This document shows, piece after piece, positions 45,319 through 52,430 of a DNA stretch of 64,000 nt. The stretch covers positions 35,069 to 99,068 of the forward strand of contig JAZSIE010000002.1 in assembly GCA_045533655.1 (NCBI GenBank), in the 5' to 3' direction. The notes below the pieces were generated by a model. It had not been told where the DNA came from and did not search any database. It saw only the letters and a list, made by a program, of their open reading frames with translations. The translations under genes were made by a program, and so were the position numbers. This DNA comes from Acutalibacteraceae bacterium. GTDB lineage: Bacteria; Bacillota; Clostridia; Oscillospirales; Acutalibacteraceae. Every line of letters starts with the position of its first letter. The first letter of the stretch is position 1.

Positions 45319-45373
45319 TGTGGCTAGTATGGCTAGTTGGCTAGTTGATAGTATAATTAGTGATTAGTAAGTC
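45318..45373. repeat. Left array: six approximately 8-bp-periodic (C/A/T)TAGT units (GGCTAGT core)
   Basis: gtgtGGCTAGTatGGCTAGTtGGCTAGTtGATAGTataatTAGTgatTAGTaagtc. TAG at 45325, 45334, 45342, 45349, 45358 and 45365. Begins within the argF stop codon. Confidence 0.85.
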
Positions 45374-45468
45374 CGTTGTAGTGGAACTTTGTTCTCTCAC
45401 AAATGAATTCCGAATTCAAAATTCAGAATTACGGCTAAATTATAATTATTTATCAATAAAACAACAAA

Positions 45469-45517
45469 ATTCTATCATTTTTAGTTTGTGATAACTTTAA
45501 ATGATAGAATTTTTTTA
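45469..45517 (+). terminator. Rho-independent terminator (hairpin family copy 3) between the two CTAGT arrays
   Basis: attctatcatttttagtt / aactttaaatgatagaat stem followed by TTTTTTT. Confidence 0.8.
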
Positions 45518-45525
45518 TTGTTATA

Positions 45526-45590
45526 ACACTAGCCAACTAGCCAACTATCCAACTAGCCACACTAGCCATACTGACTTACTGATTCACTAA
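45526..45590. repeat. Right array: eight approximately 8-bp-periodic ACT(A/G) units (ACTAGCC core), the complement of the left array
   Basis: acACTAGCCaACTAGCCaACTATCCaACTAGCCacACTAGCCatACTGacttACTGattcACTAa. Confidence 0.85.
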
Positions 45591-45620
45591 AAATTCACAA
45601 ATTATATTTCTGTAAAAACA

Positions 45621-45649
45621 TTGACTTTGCACACAAAAATTAGTACAAT
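45621..45649 (+). promoter_or_regulatory. Candidate sigma-A promoter of the giant surface-protein gene
   Basis: TTGACT (45621-45626), 17-nt spacer, TACAAT (45644-45649). Confidence 0.5.
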
Positions 45650-45730
45650 TATAATGTATGAAAATTTGCATTTTTAAGGCGAATTTATGAATATAAAATA
45701 TAATTGAAATTTTAAAAAGGAAGTGTTTTG

Positions 45731-48700
45731 ATGAAAAGAGTTTTAAGTTTATTTTTATCATGCATATTTGTTTTAGGTGTGTGTTTCTCAACACCTGTTA
45801 TTGCGAGCGCAGAAGAGCCCGCAACGTTCGTAGTTGACGATAACGTATTTCAATACGTTGAAGGTAGTCAGGAGTGCTCTGTTAAAAAGTGGAATGGTTC
45901 TGACGTTGCTCTTACATTAACTACTGTGCAGGATGAAAATGAGATAACTTATACAATAACAGGTATATTATCAGGTGCATTTAGTGGATGTACAGATCTC
46001 GAAACTTTAACAATAAAATCAAATATTGAGACAATTGAGGCAGGAGCTTTCGCAGGTTGTACAGCTCTTACAGAGTTTATAGAGGATGCAAATTCACTTA
46101 ATAGCGATTTTGAAGTTGATGCGGGTGTTTTGTTTAATGAGAACCAAACCACTCTGATAGCATACCCAGCGGCTAAAGAGGGTACAGAATATACTATTCC
46201 TTTAGGTGTAACAGAAATTGCCAAGGGTGCTTTTGCGGGTTGTGCAAATTTAAAATATATATTTACAGAAAAAACATCTTTTGAAGAAAACGAAAAAATA
46301 ACTATTGGTGAAAATAATGATATTTTTTCACAACCTGGTGTGTATCACGAAGGTTTGGCAGCACATAATTTTTCTGGTGAAGTGGGTCCTAAAAAATGCA
46401 CAGCATGTTGTTTGCTTGAAAATGAAACCGATAAACAACAACACACATGGGAAAACGGTGTATGCACAGAATGTGGATTAGTTTGTGAACATGCATGGGA
46501 AAATGGTGAATGTACAAAATGTGGATTAGTTTGTGAACATGCATGGGAAAACGGTGAATGTACAAAATGTGAATTAGTTTGTGAACATGCATGGGAAAAC
46601 GGAACATGCACAACTTGTAATACAGTATGTGAACATGCGTGGGAAAATGGAACATGTACAAAGTGTGAATTAGTTTGTGAACATACATGGGAAAACGGAA
46701 CATGCACAACTTGTAATACAGTATGTGAACATGCGTGGGAAAATGGAACATGTACAAAGTGTGAATTAGTTTGTGAACATATATGGGAAAACGGAGTATG
46801 TACAACTTGTAATACAGTATGTGAACATGCGTGGGAAAATGGAACATGTACAAAGTGTGAATTAGTTTGTGAACATATATGGGAAAACGGAACATGCACA
46901 ACTTGTAATACAGTATGTGAACATGCGTGGGAAAATGGAACATGTACAAAGTGTGAATTAGTTTGTGAACACACATGGGAAAACGGAACATGCACAACTT
47001 GTAATACAGTATGTGAACATGCGTGGGAAAATGGAACATGTACAAAGTGTGAATTAGTTTGTGAACATATATGGGAAAACGGAACATGTACAAAGTGTGA
47101 ATTAGTTTGTGAACATGCGTGGGAAAATGGAACATGTACAAAGTGTGAATTAGTTTGTGAACATATATGGGAAAACGGAACATGCACAACTTGTAATACA
47201 GTATGTGAACATGCGTGGGAAAATGGTGAGTGCACTGTTTGTTATACAACGTGTGCTCATAACGACAAATCAAATAAAATAGAAAAATTACCAACTTGTG
47301 TAGATACTGGTGTATTACTTACAAAATGTAATGAATGTGATTTTGAAGAAAGAAGCACTATTGATATAGATTCTGATGCTCACAAAATGTCAGATTGGAC
47401 TGAGACTGTAAAAGCAACTTGTTCTTCAACGGGTGTAGAAGAAAGAACTTGTGAAAACGGAGATTGTAAACATACAGAAACACGAGAAACAGGAAAAAAT
47501 CCTAATAACCACACTTATGGTGACTGGGTTGTAACTGCTGCTACTTGTGTTGCAGATGGCGAAAAAGTAAAAACTTGTACAAATACAGAATGTAAGCACG
47601 AGTTAAAAGAAACAATAGCTAAAGACCCAACGGCTCACAAAATGGCTACTGAGTGGGAAGTAACAAAAGCGCCAACTTGTGTAGAAACCGGTTTGCAAGT
47701 AAAAACCTGTTTAAATGTTGGTTGTGACCACGAAATAAAAGAAGTTATTGCTATTAAAGCAGATGCCCATAACTTAGGTGGTTGGGTAGTTACAAAAGCT
47801 GCAAAATGTACTGTTGCTGGTGAAATAACAAGATTCTGTAAAAACGGAAATTGTGAATATAAGGTAACAGATTCGCTTGACCCGGATGGCAAAACTCACG
47901 ATTTCGCAAAAGATTTCACAGTAATTGAAGCAACTTGTATTTCGACTGGTTCGAAATTTAGAGCTTGCGAAAACGAAGGTTGTAAAGAAGTTACAGAGAA
48001 AACAGAAATCGCAATCGACCCTGATGCTCACAAAAACGTTGAGACTATAAATGTAAAACAACCTACTTGTGAAGAAAAAGGTTACACTGGCGACGAATTC
48101 TGTAATGACTGTAAAAAGACGTTCGACCCTGGTATTGAAGTTGATGCATTAGGTCATACTGAAAGTGACTGGATTGTAGATAAAGAAGCTACATTTACAG
48201 AAGAAGGTGCAAGACACATTTCTTGTACTGTTTGTAAAAAAGAACTTAAAAAAGAAGTAATTGAAAAACTTACACTCGCAACACCTTCTCCAAAAGCATA
48301 CAACAAAACAAGCAGTATCAAAGTTAAGTGGACAGACGTAGATAACGCTTTGACTTATAACGTTTATCGTTCAGATTTTGTGAATAACGATTGGACTAAG
48401 TGGAAAAAAATTGGTTCTGTAAAAAAAGGTGTCGGCGAATTTACAGATAAAAATGTTGTAGCTGGTAAACAATATAAATATACAGTGAAGGCTTATAACG
48501 GTGAATTTGTAAGCGGCAAAAAGACTTCTAACAAAATCATATTTATTAAACCGGTAAAACCAGCACTTACAATTACTACAACAGGTCTAATTCTTAAGTG
48601 GGATACTGTATTAGGTGCAGATAAATACGTTGTTTACCGTTCACAACTTGTTGATGAAAAATGGTCTGACTGGAAGAAAGTTTCGACAGTTAAAGACGGT

Positions 48701-49909
48701 AAAACTTCTGCTGTTGATACCTCTGTGGAAAGTGGTGCAACTTATAAATACTCGGTACGTGCATATATTGGCAGTTCTTACACAGAGCGAAAAGCATCAG
48801 GTACTATTATATATCTTGCTCAACCAACTATAAAACTTTCTAATACTGCAACAGGTATTAAAGGTAGCTGGGAAACAGTGAATGGTGCAACTGGTTACGT
48901 AATTACACGTGCTGAATACAACGAGAATACCAAGAAATTTGGCACTGCTATAAAATTAGGTACAGCGGGCGCAACAGCAAAGTCATTTACAGATAAAACT
49001 GCAAAAGAGGGCGTTAAATATAAATATACTTTAACTGCTATAAATGGTACGTATTCAAGCGTTGTTTCATCTGGCAAGGTTATAAGACGACTTGGAGAGC
49101 CAGTTGTAACAATTGAAAATGCAAATGGTTCAATCAAGGGTAAATGGACTCAAGTAAAAGGTGCTACTAATTATACAGTTTATCGTTCTGAGTTAGTTGA
49201 TGGTAAGTGGACTTCTTGGAAGAATCTTGGTACAACTGGTGCAACAGCAAAATCTTTTACAGATAAAACTGTTAAATCGGGTGTTAACTATAAATACACG
49301 GTTAAAGCAATAAACGGTGGCTCAAAGAGTAGCGTTGGCGCTTCAAATAAAGTCGTTTACCTTTCTCGCCCAGAACCAACGGCTGTTAACTCAATTTATG
49401 GTGTAAAGGTTACCTGGGGTGCTATAACCGGTGCTGAAAGTTATATTGTTTATCGTAAGGCTTACGTTAATAAACAATGGACTGAATGGCAACAAATCGG
49501 AACATCAGAGAGCAATTCTTACATTGACTCAACAGCAGTAAGTGGTGTTAAATATAAATACACAATTCACGCTGTAAATGGTGGCAGTTTAAGTGCCCGT
49601 AAAGCAACGTCAACTTTACTTCACGTTGCAACACCAACCGCAACTGTAAAAGCAACCGAAAAAGCAATTAACGTAAGTTGGGGTCAGGTTGGCGGAGCTA
49701 CAAAATACGTAGTTTATCGTCAGGTGCTTGGCGCTGATGGTAAATGGTCAGCATCAACTAAAATAGCATCATTAAAAGGTGTGCTTGAGTTCACTGATAC
49801 CACAGCAGAAGCTGGTAACACTTACAGATATAAGGTTGTAGCTTATAATGGTAAGGTGAAAAGTTCATCTAATGCAACAGATGGCATTTTACTTCCAACC
49901 GCTCAATAA
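45731..49909 (+). CDS. giant secreted protein: signal peptide, BspA-type LRRs, 17 x 16-aa Cys/His mini-repeats, 8 Cys/His modules, 6 FN3-like repeats
   Basis: ATG at 45731 after a GGAAGTG RBS. Signal peptide ...VIASAEE. LRR_5-like GAFSGCTDLETLTI / GAFAGCTALTEFI / GAFAGCANLKYI. For the repeats see separate entries. No LPXTG, TM or dockerin at the C-terminus. Confidence 0.9.
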   Translation: MKRVLSLFLSCIFVLGVCFSTPVIASAEEPATFVVDDNVFQYVEGSQECSVKKWNGSDVALTLTTVQDENEITYTITGILSGAFSGCTDLETLTIKSNIETIEAGAFAGCTALTEFIEDANSLNSDFEVDAGVLFNENQTTLIAYPAAKEGTEYTIPLGVTEIAKGAFAGCANLKYIFTEKTSFEENEKITIGENNDIFSQPGVYHEGLAAHNFSGEVGPKKCTACCLLENETDKQQHTWENGVCTECGLVCEHAWENGECTKCGLVCEHAWENGECTKCELVCEHAWENGTCTTCNTVCEHAWENGTCTKCELVCEHTWENGTCTTCNTVCEHAWENGTCTKCELVCEHIWENGVCTTCNTVCEHAWENGTCTKCELVCEHIWENGTCTTCNTVCEHAWENGTCTKCELVCEHTWENGTCTTCNTVCEHAWENGTCTKCELVCEHIWENGTCTKCELVCEHAWENGTCTKCELVCEHIWENGTCTTCNTVCEHAWENGECTVCYTTCAHNDKSNKIEKLPTCVDTGVLLTKCNECDFEERSTIDIDSDAHKMSDWTETVKATCSSTGVEERTCENGDCKHTETRETGKNPNNHTYGDWVVTAATCVADGEKVKTCTNTECKHELKETIAKDPTAHKMATEWEVTKAPTCVETGLQVKTCLNVGCDHEIKEVIAIKADAHNLGGWVVTKAAKCTVAGEITRFCKNGNCEYKVTDSLDPDGKTHDFAKDFTVIEATCISTGSKFRACENEGCKEVTEKTEIAIDPDAHKNVETINVKQPTCEEKGYTGDEFCNDCKKTFDPGIEVDALGHTESDWIVDKEATFTEEGARHISCTVCKKELKKEVIEKLTLATPSPKAYNKTSSIKVKWTDVDNALTYNVYRSDFVNNDWTKWKKIGSVKKGVGEFTDKNVVAGKQYKYTVKAYNGEFVSGKKTSNKIIFIKPVKPALTITTTGLILKWDTVLGADKYVVYRSQLVDEKWSDWKKVSTVKDGKTSAVDTSVESGATYKYSVRAYIGSSYTERKASGTIIYLAQPTIKLSNTATGIKGSWETVNGATGYVITRAEYNENTKKFGTAIKLGTAGATAKSFTDKTAKEGVKYKYTLTAINGTYSSVVSSGKVIRRLGEPVVTIENANGSIKGKWTQVKGATNYTVYRSELVDGKWTSWKNLGTTGATAKSFTDKTVKSGVNYKYTVKAINGGSKSSVGASNKVVYLSRPEPTAVNSIYGVKVTWGAITGAESYIVYRKAYVNKQWTEWQQIGTSESNSYIDSTAVSGVKYKYTIHAVNGGSLSARKATSTLLHVATPTATVKATEKAINVSWGQVGGATKYVVYRQVLGADGKWSASTKIASLKGVLEFTDTTAEAGNTYRYKVVAYNGKVKSSSNATDGILLPTAQ
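46433..47248 (+). repeat. In-frame tandem array of 17 x 48 bp (96-bp higher-order period)
   Basis: Units VCEH[A/T/I]WENG[T/E/V]CT[K/T/V]C[E/N/G/Y][L/T], with near-identical DNA between units. Confidence 0.95.
47249..48270 (+). repeat. Eight divergent modules of about 40-47 aa: H-x4-5-W-x-V-x3-x-T-C-x3-G-x5-C-x2-4-C
   Basis: For example AHKMSDWTETVKATCSSTGVEERTCENGDCKH, NHTYGDWVVTAATCVADGEKVKTCTNTECKH and GHTESDWIVDKEATFTEEGARHISCTVCKK. Confidence 0.8.
48271..49906 (+). repeat. Six FN3-like repeats of about 85-90 aa
   Basis: Recurrent W..V.GA..Y.VYRS....W..W...G.....FTD..V..G..YKYTVKA.NG pattern. Confidence 0.8.
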
Positions 49910-49915
49910 AAAATG

Positions 49916-49957
49916 AAAAAATCCACAACGATGAAAATCGTTGTGGATTTTAATTTT
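49916..49957. terminator. Bidirectional terminator
   Basis: atccacaacgat / atcgttgtggat stem with flanking A and T runs. Confidence 0.8.
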
Positions 49958-49969
49958 AAAAATTTAAAT

Positions 49970-51478
49970 TTATTTGTGGTAAAGTTTCTTGCTCTGGTAC
50001 TGTGGTTCACAAGTCAAGTTAATACCTAATTTTCTGAAGATGTCGGCATCAACTTGTGAAAGAATAACAGTTGAATGAGCTTCACTACCTGCAAGGTTTT
50101 TGAGTTCTGAAATAGCCTTTTTAGCGACATTGCTTGTTGTAGCGCTCATTGAAAGTGCAATTAAAACTTCGTCTGTATGAAGTCTTGGGTTTCTGTTGCC
50201 TAAAAAGTCTGTTTTAAGGTCCTGAATAGGTTCAATAATTTCTCTCTTTATTAAAAGTGCACTGTCATCAATTCCTGCAAGAACTTTTAATGCATTAAGA
50301 AGTGCCGCAGAAGAAGCACCCAAAAGGTCTGAAGTTTTGCCAGTAACAATTTCGCCATTAGGTAATTCAATTGCTACGGCTGGTTGACCATTTGTTGTTT
50401 CGCTTTTTAAAAGAGCACTTTTGACTATTGGTCTTGTGTTTTCAACAGAAATACCTGCCTGATTCATAAGACTTTCAATCTTCTGAATTGCCTGGTCGTT
50501 TTTCTGCCCCATTTTTTTATCGCAAAGAGTTGAAAAATATCTTCTTATAATCTCTTCGTGAGATGCTTTTTTACAAACTTCATCATCAATAATTGAGAAA
50601 CCAGCCATATTAACACCCATATCAGTAGGTGATTTGTATGGGCTGACACCTTCTATTTTTTCGAACATAGCGTTAAGAACTGGGAAAACTTCAACGTCAC
50701 GGTTGTAGTTAACAGTTGTTTTACCGTATGCTTCAAGGTGGTAAGGGTCAATCATATTAACGTCGTTAAGGTCGGCAGTTGCTGCTTCATAAGCTAAATT
50801 AACAGGGTGCTTGAGTGGTAAATTCCAGATAGGGAAAGTTTCAAATTTTGCATAACCCGCTTTAACACCACGAGCATTTTCGTGGTAAAGTTGTGAAAGG
50901 CAAGTTGACATTTTACCGCTACCAGGACCAGGAGCAGTTATAACAACAAGTGGTCTTGTTGTTTCAATGTAATCATTTTTACCAAAACCTTGTTCGCTTA
51001 CAATATGTTGAACGTTGTAAGGGTAGCCTTCAATTACATATTGAACGAAAGATTTAACACCAAGAGTTTCAAGTTTTTCTTTGAATTTAATTGCCGCAGG
51101 CTGACCTGAAAATTGTGTAATAACAACACTACCAACGTAAAGACCAACACTTGAAAAAGCATCCATAAGACGAAGAACGTCTATATCATAAGTAATACCA
51201 AGGTCACGGCGGACTTTGTTGCTTTCAATATCGTTTGCAGAAATAACAATAACAATCTCTGCCTGGTCTTTAAGTTTCAAAAGCATCTGTAACTTACTGT
51301 CAGGTTTAAATCCCGGCAATACTCTTGCGGCGTGAAAATCGTCGAAAAGTTTACCACCGAATTCAAGGTAAAGCTTACCACCGAATTCATCAATTCTTTT
51401 TTTGATTTGTTCAGATTGTTTTTCGATATACATATCGTTACTGAACCCTATTTTTCTTTCAATTTCCAAAATATACAC
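49970..51478 (-). CDS. DUF1846 (UPF0371) family protein
   Basis: About 500 aa. GFSNDMYIEKQSEQIKKRI..FGGKLYLEFGGKLFDDFHAARVLPGF is typical of the UPF0371 N-terminus. Start is probably the TTG at 51469, or the GTG at 51478. Confidence 0.8.
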   Translation of the reverse strand: MYILEIERKIGFSNDMYIEKQSEQIKKRIDEFGGKLYLEFGGKLFDDFHAARVLPGFKPDSKLQMLLKLKDQAEIVIVISANDIESNKVRRDLGITYDIDVLRLMDAFSSVGLYVGSVVITQFSGQPAAIKFKEKLETLGVKSFVQYVIEGYPYNVQHIVSEQGFGKNDYIETTRPLVVITAPGPGSGKMSTCLSQLYHENARGVKAGYAKFETFPIWNLPLKHPVNLAYEAATADLNDVNMIDPYHLEAYGKTTVNYNRDVEVFPVLNAMFEKIEGVSPYKSPTDMGVNMAGFSIIDDEVCKKASHEEIIRRYFSTLCDKKMGQKNDQAIQKIESLMNQAGISVENTRPIVKSALLKSETTNGQPAVAIELPNGEIVTGKTSDLLGASSAALLNALKVLAGIDDSALLIKREIIEPIQDLKTDFLGNRNPRLHTDEVLIALSMSATTSNVAKKAISELKNLAGSEAHSTVILSQVDADIFRKLGINLTCEPQYQSKKLYHK

Positions 51479-51636
51479 CCCTTATAAGCGGAAAATAGAA
51501 AAAACCTAATACAAAAATAAATTTTATCAAACCCAATATAATTTGTCAAGGAGTGGGGAAGATATAATAAATAGAAATTACTGAAAATTATTGAAAAAAA
51601 TATAAAATTAGATTATGATATAGAATGGTGATTTAG

Positions 51637-52428
51637 TTGATTATAGATTTTCATACACATTGTTTTCCTGAAAAAATTGCAAAAAATACAATAGAAAAAT
51701 TAAGTTTTGTTTCAGGTGGTCTTATTCCGCAGACAGACGGTACAAAAGAATCGCTTTTATATTTGATGCATAAAGACGGTGTGGAAAAAAGTGTAGCACT
51801 TTCAATTGCTACAAATGCAAATCAGCAAACGAAGGTTAACGATTTTGCAATTTCTTTAAAAAGTGAAAAGTTAATACCATTTGGTTCAGTTTTTCCTTTT
51901 GCTGACGATTGGGAAAGTGAACTCGAAAGATTAAAAGAAAATGGCATAAAAGGAATAAAACTTCACCCTGATTATCAACAGTTTTTTGTTGACGATGAAA
52001 GAATTTTTCCATTATATAAAAAAATTGAAAAATTAGGTTTTATTCTCGTGTTTCACGCTGGCGAAGATTACGGCTTTTCACCGCCATATAAAGCTACGCC
52101 AGAAAGATTAAGAAAAGTATTAACGTTAATTGAAACACCCGTTGTCTGTGCTCATTGGGGTAGTCTTTTGATGGTAGATGACGTCTTAAAATATCTTTGC
52201 GATATAGATAATTGCTATTTTGATACTGCTTTTGGTTATGGTACTATGCCAAAAGCAAGGGCGCTCAGTATATTGGAGAAAAAAGATATAAATAAAATTG
52301 TTTTTGGGTCAGATAGCCCTTGGAATGCGCCTTCGTGGGATATTGGTATGATTAAAACAATGGGTCTGACACAAGATGAGGAAGATAAAATATTTTATAA
52401 AAATGCAGAAAAATTATTGGAGTTATAA
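51637..52428 (+). CDS. amidohydrolase-family TIM-barrel metal hydrolase
   Basis: 263 aa. IDFHTH N-terminal metal motif and FGSD near the C-terminus. TTG start. Confidence 0.7.
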   Translation: MIIDFHTHCFPEKIAKNTIEKLSFVSGGLIPQTDGTKESLLYLMHKDGVEKSVALSIATNANQQTKVNDFAISLKSEKLIPFGSVFPFADDWESELERLKENGIKGIKLHPDYQQFFVDDERIFPLYKKIEKLGFILVFHAGEDYGFSPPYKATPERLRKVLTLIETPVVCAHWGSLLMVDDVLKYLCDIDNCYFDTAFGYGTMPKARALSILEKKDINKIVFGSDSPWNAPSWDIGMIKTMGLTQDEEDKIFYKNAEKLLEL

Positions 52429-52430
52429 GT

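Noticed and set aside
45173-45367. A 64-aa plus-strand ORF reading out of argF into the CTAGT array
   Set aside because: It is out of frame inside a well-supported argF, has no RBS, and ends in the repeat.
45318-45590. The CTAGT arrays as inverted repeats of an invertible promoter (inverton) controlling the surface-protein gene
   Set aside because: The sub-modules are not in mirror order, so it is not a clean inverted repeat. The best promoter (45621..45649) lies outside the bracketed segment, I found no convincing promoter inside it, and no recombinase gene is nearby. It is retained as an unexplained repeat structure instead.
46433-47248. The periodic 48-bp array as a possible CRISPR array
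   Set aside because: The units are contiguous with no unique spacers, are in frame within a long CDS, and no cas genes are present.
46345-47294. Two long minus-strand ORFs (296 and 301 aa) across the 48-bp repeat array
   Set aside because: They are artefacts of the periodic sequence, with low-complexity repeated translations such as HVPFSHACSQTNSHF. They are antisense to a CDS with a signal peptide, RBS and flanking domains, and they have no RBS.
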